The notes: generated by a model not told the origin, from the letters alone. 64,000 nucleotides of DNA from the human T2T-CHM13v2.0 reference genome, Homo sapiens (GCF_009914755.1 NC_060942.1); one strand, 5' to 3'; counted from the first letter of the stretch, positions 48,597-63,028 are shown. Translations and numbers: made by a program.

Positions 48597-51375
48597 AGTA
48601 TGGATTTTTGACTAAAGAAAATAAATCCCGATTCGTTGAAGATAAAATTTAGATACAGGGACACATATCTCACCGGTGTGGCCATATATTAGAAGTAATT
48701 TTTTTGTATCCACTATGAGTTGGTACATCACAAGATTATTCAGTACTCAACAGCAATTTGATAGTTATTCAAACAGAACCCAAATGTTGGCCCTTCGAGT
48801 TCAGCCTGAGCCATATAAACCATATACACCTCAGTCTGCAAGATCCCCTACGGAAAAATAAAAAGAAAAGGCAATGACTCAGAATCTACACAGAGGGCCC
48901 ATTTCTGCAGTGTTTCCCCAAATATACAATCTTTTTCTTCCATCTTCCTACATGCATATTCTAGGATTTACTAGTTTTGAACACATACATTATGGGCATA
49001 TGTTTATATTTGTTGTTTGATTCTGTCTTATTTTGAAACTATACTAGAGTACTCTGACACATAGAACTGTTTTCTAAGACGCTCTAGCTCCATGTCTGTC
49101 ATCCCTGAATTGTCAGTTGTTCCATCAACAAATATTGGTGTGTGACGAGCATTGTGTTGAGAATTTAGGACTCGTATCTGAAAGGGTTGGGCTGTGTGGG
49201 TTGTTTTTTCCCAGTGACAACACTAATAGAATTGATCCCAGCAATAAGAAGTTATGGTATCCTCTCATTCTTATCCAAGAATCCCATCCCCAGCCTTGGG
49301 AAAGGAAGAGAGAACTGTCAATGTTCTCCTCTCCTCTGGGGAGAAAGACCGGTGTGAGCAAAGCATCTAGCTCAAATATGGTAAGACAATAGTATCATAT
49401 TCTTTGAGCGGGTTCCATAGGCTTGGACTCAAGAAAAAACAACAAAGGATATAATCAACTTCCTTGTTTTCTAAGTCTTTTGTATTCAGCTGGTCCTTTG
49501 GGAGAAAACTAGAAAACTAGATGAGGAAACTTGTACAATTCACTAGAAAGAAGCTTATTTCAGAAACTATGAGATTTTTGAGAATATAGGTTTGCTTCTA
49601 AATCATTTTTACATTCTTAGAACCTGGAATAATATCCCACACAAAGTAGGTACCCAATAAATGTGTGTGTGATAAATGAATACACAGGGTTTATTATTAT
49701 TATTATTATGGTCTTTTTATTATTACCATTATTTTTCATCATCATGATTATTATTAGGTACAGGTAGTCTAACTTGGTACTTTCATTTGAGATATGGTGG
49801 ATAAAGAAAACTGGTCTCTAATAAAATATGGTATTCTGGTCTATTTTTCAAGGTCTGAGCTACAAAAGTGCCACAAAATGTAGTTCTGTGTCTAGATGAA
49901 ATCTTATTTTAAACTTGCATTTTAAAAACTCTGGAATGAAAATCTAAGTTGGGGATCTCAAGTTGGTTAGAAAGGAAGTTATTAAGGACCCTTTATTACA
50001 CTCTAAAGTGAGAAACATCACATTGAAAATGCACCCACAGTGTTGCGACCTCGTAAAATATCCATGAAGAAAACGCTCTTAGACAAAATACCTGATTTTT
50101 TCGATCAAGCATTGTATTTGTCAGAGTACATGATTGGGGTAGCACTGACAGAAATTTTATCACATTTAACATTTGTTCATTTCACACTTCAGGCTCTCTC
50201 TCGATCGCAGAATTTATTTCATTGGCATTTGTCATATCTCGGCTATCTTCTTTCACCACTTTGTAGATGGTGGCTTTTTTAGGCGACTTTTTCTGAGCTG
50301 AGGATTTTTTTTCTAGGATGCCAATCCAATCTGGTATTTCAAAATGCCAACACCATTGGCCCTGCTGGAAACCGATTAAACAATTTCTATGCCTAACAGC
50401 TCTTTTCAAGTTGCTGAGTTTTTGATTTTCATTTCTTAAGGCTAAATTTTCACACACACAAAAATTGCCCACTCTTTGCATGCAAATGAAGCAGTTTAGA
50501 AATGGAAATTCAAGCACAGTGAGCCCTGCATTAATTTACAAATCCATGGCATATTTAAAATATTTTTTCAAATTGCTTCACACGTTTTGGGTGTGTGACA
50601 CATCGCCATTTAACTTAGTCAAAGTTATTTTGCTGATAAACTTTAGATAACTCTAAAGAAGGCATCTTTGGGAGAACCAAGGAAGAACTGTTTTCTGTTC
50701 CATTACATATATTTTTTTCATTAAAATAAAACGGGATCAACTTGGGTGAGCTAGAGCTCCCTTATAAAGACAGGAATTTCTCACCCAGATGAGAAATTTG
50801 AGTGAATGGAAGAGGAAAGGGAAATCAATGTCCTTGTGAGTAAAAGTCTATGAAAGTACAGTGTGTATGTCATCAACACTTTACATTTCAATCGCTTCAT
50901 TTCTGGTTCCTATAAGAAGAGAACCCAAACGTATCTTCACGCCTCTGCAGAGATAAAAATAGGTAATCATCACTAGTCTTCAGAAAAGTATATCCTAGCT
51001 TTCTGTTTTATATTTGCAAAGCAAGAATGTACATTTGCCTCAAATAGGGCTATTGAAGGGAAAGACTTTTTATCCTTTCATTTTCTTATACTGCATCAAA
51101 GCTAGCACATTTTAGAACTGATATTCCTCAGGTTTTTTTTTTAATTTAAAGGAAACCATCCATTTATCAATATCAATCAGCCTGTTCCTGACCAATTCAG
51201 ATTTCAATCAGACTTATAAACTATAACGTGCCCTAATTATGAAGTCATAATAAGTAACACAGTGGTATTGGTGCAGGGACAAATTGTCCATGGAAAAGAT
51301 TAGAGAGACCTGAGAAGACTCACACATATACAGAAAATCTGACATTGCAAATAAGTGGGAAAGGAAAGACCTCAG

Positions 51376-51605
51376 TAAGGGTGCTAGGACAATGGGAAAG
51401 AAAGAAAGAAAAAGAAGGGAAGGAAGGAAGAATGGAAGGAGGGAGGGAAGGAAGGAAGGAAGGAAGGAAGGAGAAAAAAGGGAGGGAGGGGAAGAAAGGG
51501 AGGGAGAGAGGGAAAGGAAGGAAGAAGGGAAGGAGGGAGGGAGGGGAGAAAGCAGAGAAAGAAAGGAAGGAGGGGGAGGAAGGATAGAAAGAAAAGAAAA
51601 GAAAA
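51376..51605. repeat. Purine-rich (GGAA/GGGA/GAAA) tract
   Basis: Directly visible. Confidence 0.95.
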
Positions 51606-52243
51606 TGGGTTCCCCTCACACACACTGTTCACTAAAATCAGTTCCAGATAGATGAATAACATATGGAAAAGAAAACTTCACAATTTTTAGGTAAAAAATA
51701 GGAAAACATTTCTGTGACATTAGGATGAAGGAGGAGAGAAAACAAGTCACAAAAAGAACTATAAAGAAAAAAATATAGATTCAACCACATTAACTTCCAC
51801 TCATCAGAAGACAACAAAAGAGAATAAAGAAGCAAGACCCCAAAACTGGGAGAAGATGTCTATAATAACTATAATTAACAAAAGAAGAATATCCATAAAA
51901 TAAAGAACTTCAATGATTCAAGAAAAAAACAACCCAAGAGGGGACACACAGCCTATGGGCAAAAGAGATGAAGGGGCATTTCAAAGAAGACGCAAGATGA
52001 ATGCCCATTACACAAATGGGGAAATGTTCATGAATCATCAGGAAAATGCATAATGAAATCACTAGGAGATACCATTCACCCCCATGAGGTGGCAAAACAT
52101 TTTAAAGTATGACATATCAAGTATTAAAATGGTGTCCAGTAAGGATATGGAATAACAGGCACTCCTGTACACTGGCGGTGGGAGCAAAGTTGTTACTCTC
52201 AATTTGGAATACTATTTAGCATCACCTAGTAAAATTAAACTTA

Positions 52244-52547
52244 GGCCAGATGCAGTGGCTCACATCTGTAATCCCAGCACTTTGGGAGGCCGAGGCAGGC
52301 AGACCACCTGAGGTCAGGAGTTTGAGACCAGCCTGGCAAACATGGTGAAACCCCGTCTTTACTAAAAATACAAAATATTAGCTGGGCATGGTGGCACGAG
52401 CCTGTAATCTCAGCTACTCAGGAGGCTGAGACAGGAGCATTGCTTGAACCTGGAGGCGGAGATTGCAGTGAGCCAAGATCATGCCACTGCACTTCAGCCT
52501 GGGCAACAAGATCAAAACTCCGTCTCAAAAATAAATAAATAAATAAA
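52244..52547 (+). mobile_element. AluS (Sx/Sq-like)
   Basis: Full dimer, (AAAT)n tail. Confidence 0.92.
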
Positions 52548-55055
52548 CTTGTGCACACTCCACAGCCACTCCCAGATGTATTCACTCCCAGATAATACAG
52601 CCAATCCCAGATGTAGATATAGATGATATAGATATAGATACAGACATCGAGCCAAGAGAAGCTTGTGCACATGTTTACCGGTCCATATACATAAGAATAT
52701 TCACAGTATCATTGTTCTTTGGAGCAAAACAAGCCAAACATCTGTAAACAGAAGAATATATGAATGAATGATGACACAGTCATATGCTGGAATGTAATAC
52801 AGCCACACATTAACATAGTTAAATCTGAAATGTATAACATTGAGCAATCAAAAAGCAAGTTTCAGGAAAAATGCATACATAAACCTTTATTTACCTGAAG
52901 TTCTAAAACAAGCAAAATTAAGTAATAGCTTATTTAGGAATATCTATACATAAAGAAAACCAAAGGTGCTATTAACACAAAATTCAGGATAGTGACTATC
53001 TCTGGAGAGTAGAAGAGGGGATTACAATCTGGGGAGGTCCTGCCTAAGGCTCCACAAATATCAATACTATTTCTCCTCTTAGTGGGTTCATTTTATCATT
53101 AGTCTTGAAATTGTATATAGATATTAGACATATTTCTTTGGAATTATTATATGTTTATTTTTTAAGTTTTAAAACAAACTTTGATGCATGAGAGCCAAAT
53201 CAAGGCTACAAATATGCACCATCCTCCCGACCACAACCTACTCCAATTTGTCTTAAATAGTGAGTTATTTCCAAAACTTTTCTCCAGAAGGCATGTGAGC
53301 TTCTTTCTCACAACACTGTGGGAGAAGAATACAAGCTGATACAATAGCATTGATTCTGAAAGCCCTTTGCACACCCGTGCTTATCACTGCTGTTACGGTT
53401 GTGTTGTCGTTCGTGCTGCTGTTATCTATCATGCTTGTCTTTCTGCCATGTCATAGACTGAAAAAACACTTGAAAGTTTGTTGACTTGATGCATCCATTC
53501 CATTTTAATAGCTCCTATGGTGGGTGACATTTGAAAAAAAGTCTCCAGCAAAGAATCTTATCCTGAAGTCCCACTGGAGCAAACTTTGTACAGGTAGACA
53601 TTAGACAGAGGTTTTCCGGGGAAGCATCTTTATCTTGTATAGATGTGTTTAGTCCATGCTTGTTAGACCCCAAATTTCTATATGCAGACCCAAAAAAATG
53701 ATGGAAGTGTATTTCTTCAAATCTTAAATGCACTTTCTTTAGCTACTTTATCATCTCTCAAATCAGGATGCATTTGCAATCTATGGCATAACATGGTTTG
53801 ACAGCATTTTTTTTCTTTCTTAGTAAAACACAAAATAATGGTTTTCTTAAAGTTGATGGTTTTTTACTTTCTCTAGCATATAACATCAAGTTTCCACAGG
53901 AATTCCCATATTCCCATCAATTGGAGAGAAAAAAAAGCAGATGCCAGAACATAGAGATCAGATGCTGCCACACTGCCTAGAGACTGGAAATGACAGCCTG
54001 CAACAAGCCACACCTGAAGGCTGCTCTTGAGGGCAGGAAAACAGAAGGTCCAAGGAGAAGGAAAACGCTGTTTTGGTTCCATTTGAACCAAAATGCTGGT
54101 AAATGTTCACTTCAACTTTTTGTGGTTTTGTGTTCATTTCAAAACACTCACAGACAAAAATGCCTTAAAGCTGTATTATTATGGACCCTCTGCTAAACTC
54201 TGACCTCAGGAAGCTCTAAGCACAGCTCAAAATGTTGAGCCAAGAGAGATATACAGGTAGTGACAGCCACAACATGTGCAGTGAAGCTCAGCAGTGCTGC
54301 CGAGGACATCTGCCCCAGCAATGAGAATGAGAACAGAGTTCACGACAGCCACTCCCGAGCTCTGAGAAGCAGTTCCACAGTGTGCAAAGGGTAGAAGAAG
54401 CTCTTCACCAAAATCTCTGGTTAATAAAGAATATATCATGTTGCCCAGGTGGTCTTGCACAAGTGGTGTGATGCATATGAAGCAATCCAGTTGAATGAAT
54501 AAGCAGTAATTCATAAATCTCCAGGACTTACAAAAATCCCTATAGAGCAAAAAATAAATAAATAGATCCGTGGGGTTCCCTGAACCCCTTTCATTAGTTA
54601 ACCCTGCCCTGACTTAACTTTTATTTCAGTAATGGTCACTGATATATATGGAACCAGACTGAGGATTTACCAAATGATATGAGGATGTATTTTTTATATG
54701 AGGTTTCTAACAGAGTTATTTGTTTCTATAGATCCTTTGAGCATTTAAGAACTATTTGATAGGTTGCAATTTAGGTATTATAAGCTATATTTGCAGTGTT
54801 GGGCACCAAGTTTTCTTCAGGATACTAAGATGAGATTATTTCTGTGTTTAGCAGGAACTATCTATATTTCTGGGAGTAGCATCTACAGTTTTCCATCTGT
54901 TCATGTCAAAACCTCCTTTGACTAAGCCTTTCTAGAAGGAGGGTCTTGCTTATTTGGTTTGATGTGTTATTGGTGGGGCCAAGTCCAATATCATGTACCC
55001 ATGGTGCTTAACAAGTAAGAACTGTTTAGAGCTTTAGTGAGTTTAATTTGGACAC

Positions 55056-55361
55056 AGTTGGGCACCATGGCTCACGCCTGTAATCTCAGTACTTTGGGAG
55101 GCCAAGGCAGGAGGATCACTTGAGGCCAGGAGTTTGAGGTCAACCTGGCCAACACAGCAAAAAAAAATTTCTTGTAATTTTTACAAAAATTGTTTTAAAA
55201 AACAGCTGAACATAGTGCTGCATGCCTGTAGTCCTAGCTACCCGGGAGACTGAGGCAGGAGGATTGCTTGAGCCCAGGAGTTCAAGGTTACAGTGCACTA
55301 TGCGGCACCACTGCACTCCAACCTGGGCAACAGAGCAAGACCCTGTCTCAAAAAAAAAAAA
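55056..55361 (+). mobile_element. AluJ-like
   Basis: ggaggatcacttgaggccaggag and ggattgcttgagcccaggagttcaagg are J diagnostics. Confidence 0.88.
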
Positions 55362-56735
55362 CACCAAGCAGGAGGGAAGAGCAGAACTTGACATGTTTGG
55401 CTTTGTTTTGAGAAAACAATATTTACCTGATGCCTGATGTAGCCTGGTCCTGAGTGATGTCGTCTAACATGCTCCCACTCAAGGTGCAGCCTCCTTGAGT
55501 ATCCCACATACTTGGGGGAAATCAAGATAAAAATTCTTACCACCTCCCATACAGTAAAGGAAATTTCAACAGAGAAGGAAAGAATGTAGGTAAAACTCCA
55601 GACCAGCAGCCTGAGCCGCTCTCTGCCACCTGGCCATTATAACACTCTCAAGGGCCTCTCCAATGCCGTGCCTTCTTTCCACTCCATGAAATACAGCACT
55701 GGAAAAGACACTGGGAAGTAGTTTGCTTCCATTGCCCTGACATGTGACAGTTTCCTGCATGAGACTTTTATTCTTATTTGGCTTTTGGACTTTTAAATGA
55801 TTCTGTGATTAATGCTTCGATGCTGCACGTGATAATTGTCTTGGCAGAAAGATGTCTTTGTTCTTGCCCACTCACCTTTTGTATGGTGTTTCCCACTCCT
55901 GTTCCCTTTTTATGAGTTGTTGATGTTCATCTATATTTAGCGAGTGTTTTGCTAATATCCAAGGAGTCATCAAAGGTGCAGCTGCTTCGTCGCTACAGGA
56001 AACCCCCGCTTCAGGGGGCTAGCTCTGCTCTAGGAGGATCTGCTTTGGAACTGTCCTCTGCATAACGATGAGAAATGCTCTTCTTAATTTTTAAATTAGC
56101 TGGCTGAGGCATCCGTCTTTTCCCCCATTTGGGGCTTGATGAACTCATATGTTATTCTTGGTTGATTGTCAGACTAACGAGGATGTTTTCCTGAAGGTCT
56201 TTATTTGGAGTTATATTCACTTGTTTTTTCCTCCCTTTCCAGGGGTTCCTTTCTTCATTGTGTGGACATGTGACCTTGTTTTTATGTTTTCAGTGTCCCA
56301 AGCTAGGAAACTTGCGATAGTCCTTTCCTGTTCCTTCCTGAGTTACTGGTTTATGTCACAAATGCTTGGCTCACTTCCTTCATGTCCTTAGAAAAGGAGG
56401 TCCGCTAAAATGGCTCCCCCCACCCCACTGCCTTTTTACCACGTGTGAACACTGCAGCAGAAATCACTACAAGGCCCACCCTTCTTGAATGTCATCTAAA
56501 TCTGGTTAATTGACAATATACTCAAAATATTCTATTTTAAAGCAATCTCACTATAAGACAATGTCATCATAGAGTTCTCACTACACTCTAAGCTGCCTCT
56601 GTCCACAAAAAGAGAATGCTCAAAGACAATTCCCCATAAGGCCTTATTAGTCTCTCCAGCAACTTATTTTCAGTCTTCCTTAGAAAGAGAAAATATTTAT
56701 TCTCCATTGATTTGGGCTACCAAAAATCAGGAGTG

Positions 56736-56956
56736 CCAGCCTCGGCAACATAGCAAGAACCTGCCATTACAAAAAAAAAAAAAAACATAAATTAGTCGGG
56801 CATGGTGGTGCATGTGCCTGTAGTCCCAGCTACTCAGGAGGCTGAGCGGGGAGAATCACTTGAGCCCAGGAGTTCAAGACTGCAGTGAGCTACAGTCGCA
56901 TCACTGCACTCCAGCCTGGGTGACCTAGTGATCTGGTCACTTTAAAATAAAAAATT
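56736..56956 (+). mobile_element. AluJ-like, 5'-truncated
   Basis: TSD aaaaatcaggagtg (56722-56735) and aacaatcaggagtg (56957-56970). Confidence 0.85.
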
Positions 56957-57424
56957 AACAATCAGGAGTGAAAAAGAAATCACCCTTTGCATACACATCT
57001 TCAAACAAAATAAGTAGGGAAGCGAATTTTGGAATGGATTTCACAAGTTCTTTTGAAACTGATAGGAATCCACCAGAGAAGGAAAACTAAACACAGAAAC
57101 TAGAATGGGTAGGAGGAGGGCATTTGAAGTAGTTGCTTCTACTTTTATTATTGCCCCTCCATCCAGTATGCATATGTGCTCTTGTGGCAGAATTAGAGGA
57201 GAGATGGAAAAATCAGCATTCCCAGGCAGCCCACTTTGTGCGAAGCTTTAACACACCTTTTGGAGAGACACTGTTGTGCGGGTACCTCCCTCATGATGTT
57301 ATGAGGAGGAAATGAGTTGATGTTAAACAGTGCCTGGCATATAATAACTGCTATAAATTAACTTCAGCCAAATAAATAAATATATATTCATTTGACTTTC
57401 ATCATCCTCTGAGCTAGATTTTTT

Positions 57425-57885
57425 TGGCAGAGACACCGTTGATTGCCTGCTCAAAATCTACTTCCTTCCCCTTTCCTTGTGGGCAGGGTTGACCTCCACT
57501 TGACAAAGGCTGCAAATGACATATTCTACATTTCCCAGCATTCTTTGTAACTGAAGCATAAACGTGGAACCCAGGCCTGGCCCATGGAACCAGAGGACAT
57601 TTTTGCTGGGGGATCTTTTAGAAAGGTTTTCCTGCCTTACAAAAAAAAAAAACAGATGGAAAAGGAAAAGTCCCCCTCTATGCTTCCTGTCTTTTTACAT
57701 CTTTCTCTGACAGTCATCTCTGAGGAAAACAAGAACCTAGTTTTGCTAAACCAACTCTGGAACCACCTCCACCCAGGCTTGTTGTCAAGCCTTGTGTTGA
57801 GATAATGCACTTATGTCCTTACTCTTTAAGCCACTTCCAATCAGGTGCTCAGTTACTTGTAGCCAGATACATTCCAAAGAATGCA
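57425..57885 (+). mobile_element. MLT1 MaLR LTR fragment
   Basis: catttcccagcattctttgtaact...tttaagccact...gttacttgtagcca. Confidence 0.55.
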
Positions 57886-58499
57886 AGATTATTTTATATG
57901 AGGAAATGGGTGATTACAAAGGTTCAATAAGTTTGCCAGCCAGACAAGTGGTACAGCTAGATTTTGAACCTGATTTAACTCTAGAGCTTGAGCTCTTAGT
58001 GCTGTACCAGGAAGCCACCACCACAGTGCTCACCAACTGGACAAACTAGTTTAGGTCTTGGAACACCAAGGAACCACTGTGTGCAGGGTTGACTGGAAAG
58101 AGTATAATATTAAAAATGGCTTATGTATGTATCATGACTCGTTATTTGCAAATCACTTTTGCCTCTAGAAATGCAGAGTTGGAAGGCAGCTTATAGGCCA
58201 TCCAGTCCAGGTGACAGAACTGAGATGTCCCAAGTCACATACCTGGTTAAGTGGCAAAGTCGTATGAGAACTGATGTCATGACCCATCATTCTTTCTCTA
58301 CACCATTATCCCATTCTATCAAACTCCCAAGGTCATCCTGAGAGGTAGAATAAACAATTGGACATTCAACCCTAAAACTCAGAGAAGAGTCAGGGCTGGA
58401 GATAAATACTTAGGAGTCATCAACATGCCAAGGGTACTTTAGATCCCTAGGGCTGTTGAATTCTAGGATGCAAAAGAGAGAGTATGCAGAACTGAGCCT

Positions 58500-58740
58500 G
58501 GAGCTCAGTGCTTACTTTATTGAGTGCTTATTATATGCCAGGCACTGTGCTACCTTAAAGATATTAGTCCTTATAACAAATCATAAGGCAGATACTGTTA
58601 TTGATCCCACTTTACATATGGAGAAACTGAGGCACAGAGTGGTTTGTTTGTTTGTATCTTGTCCAAGGTAGTAAATAGTGAAGCATAATATAGATTCAGG
58701 CAGTCTGGCTCTAAAATCCCGACCACTATAATATTTACTC
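58500..58740 (-). mobile_element. MIR fragment
   Basis: ttattgagtgcttattatatgccaggcactgtgct...ggagaaactgaggcacagag...caggcagtctggctc. Confidence 0.7.
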
Positions 58741-59726
58741 TCAAGAGCTCTGCTTCTGTATCTTAGGCCTAGCTTATAGAGATGTGCTTTTATAATTTGG
58801 AGAATGAGTATATTAATACTCTCATTAATATCATAGATGTCAACAAGGTCAACCCTAAGATTATGACCCTCCAGCCTGGCCAGCTGGCACTGTAACCAGC
58901 AGATCGCTGCTGATATTCACTGCTGGATTACCCCAAGGACGTTCTAATGCATGCAAAAAACACCAGTGAATTACAACCAATAAAAGAGAAAAGTTCAACT
59001 TCAAAGAACTTACCCAGAATTTTCCAATACAAAATCTGAAAAGACACATTTTTAATTTTAGCATGCATGCAAGCTTTGGGCTTTATGATTTTGTATTGTC
59101 CTTATTTTTAGTTTCTAGGTCTGAATCCAGCCTTGTAATTAGGAAGTCTTGAGGGAAGACACCACCACATGGCCCTGTTTCAGGATTTCGTCATCTCTGT
59201 ACACATTGTTACAGGAGTTCTTGACCATCTGCCTCTCTCACATCTTATCCTCCCTGATTTCATCCTTCATAGTGCCATATGAAAAGCTATCAAATATAAA
59301 TCTAAGCTTGTCTTTCCTACTTAAAGTATTCCCAATCATCTATAGGATAAAAATCTAAGCACCTTGGCATAGTATTCAAAGCCCTTGGTGATATGGGTTG
59401 TGTTCATCCCTCTGGCTTCATGTCCTGACCATTCACACATCAAACTACCAACATACCATTTGGTATAGTACACAGACATACACAGACACACAGACATAGA
59501 CACACAGAGACACAGACACACACAGACACACCATATTTCTCATGCCTCTGGGGCTCTGCTCATGGTGTTCTCTCTTCTTAGAATGCCCTTCCTACTATTT
59601 CCCTTCACCTATACTTTAAAATCCATAAAGACTCTTCAATAAACCTCACTGCACCACTTATTGCTATCTTGACAAATTACCTAAATTCTCTGGGTCTCCT
59701 TCCTCACGTTTAAAAATGGGATTAAA

Positions 59727-60112
59727 TGGGATACTATTTAGCCACAAAAAAAGAACAAAATCATGTCCTTTGCAGCAACATGGATACAGCTGGAAGTCAT
59801 TGTCCCAAAAAATTAATGCAGCAACAGAAAATCAAATATCGTATGTTGTAACTTATAGATGGGAGCTAAACACTGGGTATTTGAGGACATGAAGATGGCA
59901 ACAGTAGACACTGGGGACTACTAGAGGGAAGTGAGTAGGAGAGATGAGGACAAGGGTTGAGAAACTAACTATTGGATACTATGCTCAGTACCTGGGTGGC
60001 AGGATCAATCACATCTCAAACCTCAGCCTCATGTAATATACCCAGGTAACAAACCCACACATGTACCCCCTGAATCTAAAATAAAAGTTGAAATTATTAA
60101 AAATAAAACAAA
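59727..60112 (+). mobile_element. L1PB4-like 3' end
   Basis: gaagatggcaacagtagacactggggactactag...catgtaccccctgaatctaaaataaaagttgaa. Confidence 0.8.
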
Positions 60113-60169
60113 AATGTAGTAAATAAAAATTCCTGAGATAATCCAATTATACATTTTCTAAACCCATTT

Positions 60170-60690
60170 TAGATCTAAGAATGCACATAGGTTGAAAGTG
60201 AAAGGATGTAAAAGGATATTTCATGCAAATAGTAAACAAAAGAGAGCAGAGGTGGCTATACTAATATCAGAAAAATAGAGTTTAAGTCCAAATCATTTAA
60301 GACAAAAAAAGACATTATCTAATGATAAAAAGGTCAATTCATCAAGAAGATAAAACAATTATAAACATATATGCACCAAACATCAGAGTTCATAAATATA
60401 TGAAACAAATATTGACAGATTTGAAGGCAGAAATAGACAGTGTGACAATAATAGTAGAAGACTTCAAAACCTTACTTTCAATAATGGATAGAACAAAGAG
60501 ACAGAAGATCAATAAAAAAAAAACACTGGAACATACTACAGGCCAACTGGACTGAACAGACATATAGAGAACATTCCTCCCAACAATAGCAGAATACACA
60601 TTTTTCTCAAGTGCACATGGAACATTCTCCAGGATAGATCATATGTTAGTTCACAAAACAAGTTTTAATAAATTTTAAGATATTGAAAAA
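60170..60690 (+). mobile_element. L1M ORF2 endonuclease fragment
   Basis: SIHQEDKTIINIYAPN, TIIVEDF, FSSAHGTFSRIDH. Confidence 0.85.
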
Positions 60691-61021
60691 AAGTCTGAAA
60701 TATCTACTCTGCCCACTATGTCTCAAATACTGTACCAGGCACTAGGAATACCATGGTGGATAACACAGATGTAAGTCCTGCTCTCACAAAGATTGTAGTT
60801 TAAGTGGAGTTACAGAAAATCAATTGCAATGCAATATGGTAACTGGTTGCATTTCAAAGCGTATTTATTGAGTTATTTTCAGATACAACACCTTTGCATT
60901 AGTTGTGTAGTCACCCACCATAGGGCCTGGGCTGTACATAGCTGTGATTCTCCCTCAGAGGCTGTAATTGAGCTTCTCTGCATCAAATTTTGTCACATCA
61001 ATAACCTTTTGGATGCTACCT

Positions 61022-61530
61022 AAGGCAGATTTAAAATGTGACTGCCAATTATTTGGTGCTCCTGTGATCAGGGAGTGAGGTCTCTATCTCTTCCCATTGA
61101 ATCAGGTGGGCTGGCAGTTTTGGCCAATAGAGTATGATGGAAGTGATGCTATGTGACCTCAAAGTCAGCTTTCACTTTGCTCACTGGAACCTGCACACTT
61201 GGAGCCCTAAAGCTAGCATGTAAGAAGGTCAACTTTTCTGAGACTTCTAAGCTAACAGGGTCACATGTAGATGTACTGGTCAACAGTCCCAGCTGGGCCC
61301 ACCTTTCAGTACTTCAGCCCAAACACCAGACATGTGAATGAAGAAGCCTCCTCGAAACGGGTCCTCCAGACCAGCCCTCATAATCCAAGTTAACTGTACC
61401 ATTCAAATTACCCCAACTGAGACTCCAGATATTATAAGGCTAGGAAGAGCTTTCTCTGAATTCCTGATTCACAAAATTCTGTGAGCAGAAATTTGGGAGT
61501 AGTTTGTTACACAGCAATAAACAATCAGAA
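61022..61530 (+). mobile_element. MLT1 (F/G/H-like) LTR
   Basis: tggccaatagagtatgatggaagtgatgctatgtgac...gtttgttacacagcaata. Confidence 0.65.
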
Positions 61531-61554
61531 TATTACCACTTCATAATAATTTGC

Positions 61555-62335
61555 AGTTTTACCACACTGGACCAATTTATCAAACTATTGATTCAGAGCT
61601 TCAAATCTGTCTCTCACTTATCCCCATGCAATACTGCAACATAATTTAATTCGGATGCCAACTACCCAGAGTTAGCATCAGCCTCCACAGGTTTAAGGGC
61701 ATGGTCCCCAACAAGACTACCTGCACTTCATATACCAGCTGCAAGTTCAGGGGTTCCCAGGATACCTGCACTTCTGACCAACTGGGTATATATCCTGAGA
61801 GTTTCCATGGCCTCACTCATGTTGAATAATTTGCTAGAATGACTCACAGAACTCAGGAAATTGCTATACTTACAACTACAGTTTTGTTATTAAAGGATAC
61901 AACTTAAGACCAACCAAACGAAGTGAGATATAGCAAGGTCTAGGAGTGTCCCAAACACAGGGCTTTTGTGCCTTTACCTCATTAAATCAGAGCACATCAC
62001 TATCCAGGCATATTGATATGTTCACCAAGCAGAAAGCTCTGGGCTTTGGTGTCCAGAGTTTTTATTGGAGTTTCATTACATAGACATGATTGATTAAATA
62101 ATTTCCAACTCCCCTCTCTTCCCCAGACGTCAGATTGGCTCAAAGTCCCTCTTTAATCACTTGGTTGATCTTTCTGGTGATGAGCCCCACCTGAGTCATC
62201 TCATTAGCCTAAGCTCAGGTGTGATCCAAGGGGTCATGAATAAAACGGCACTCTTATTACTCAAGAAATTCCAAGTATTTAGAGTACCCCTCCTAAGAAT
62301 TAGGGATAAAGGCCAGTCAAATTATTTATTATAAA
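61555..62335. mobile_element. MER21-like LTR
   Basis: aactacccagagttagcatcagcctccacaggtttaaggg...aataatttgctagaatgactcacagaactcagg. Confidence 0.7.
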
Positions 62336-62339
62336 AACC

Positions 62340-63028
62340 CTCCTTCCTCCCCATAGACTACTTCATTATATTGGCAGACTCAGCAAACTACATTTCTCAT
62401 TTGATGCTGGCTTCTTGTTAGGCTTAACCAAAGGGGTGTGAGAAGAAGACTGGAAGGAGGAAGAAGAGATTTACTGCTTTGTGTTTGCCTCCTGTTTTCT
62501 TCCCGTTCCTGTGGGCATCACCCTAGCCACACTTTCCACCCTGTAGTGGCAGTTCATTTCAATACCTACTATCCATTACAATTTGTGGTTTTCCTAACAC
62601 TCCCAGAACCAGATTCATTATGCTCCCTCAAAAACATGAGAACAAGCCAGCAATCAACAGTTACCACTCCCACTTAGACATCTGGGTCTCAGTCCATGAA
62701 GCCCCTTCTCCCAGCTCAGAGACACCAGCACCAGTCGAGCAGAATCTCTTCCTCAAAAGTCTGTTTCCCAGCCCCACAGGGTCCCCCAAAGACACTAGAA
62801 CCAGCCAGCTAGTAGCCTCTCCTCAAAAGTCTTAATTTCAGCTCTACACATCCCATCTCCAAGTTTCTAAATTTTAATAATTCTAACCACTGCACTTTGT
62901 TTCCTAGACTCTGGGGATGATACTTTAGTTCATTTTTCCTTTTCTCCAATATCTAGTTATAAATTTTTTACATTTAATTCCTTCTGTTAAAAAATACTGG
63001 TGTCATTTTAATCTATTGACTGATACAC
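62340..63028 (+). mobile_element. ERVL LTR33-like fragment
   Basis: gcaaactacatttctca...cttcttgttaggcttaaccaaagggg...agactggaaggagg; ends actgataca. Confidence 0.45.

Larger units (their letters stand above)
51160..53165 (+). mobile_element. Ancient L1ME-like 3' fragments
   Basis: Decayed ORF2 C-terminal and 3'UTR motifs (ggaaaatgcataatgaaatcactaggagataccattcac; aggatagtgactatctctgg); interrupted by a microsatellite and an Alu. Confidence 0.6.

Noticed and set aside
54227-54550. 107-aa minus-strand ORF in unique DNA
   Set aside because: Non-ATG start, no recognisable domain, no supporting splice structure; length compatible with chance.
58803-58826. Imperfect 24-bp AT-rich palindrome aatgagtatattaatactctcatt
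   Set aside because: Short, AT-rich and mismatched; expected by chance in 64 kb.
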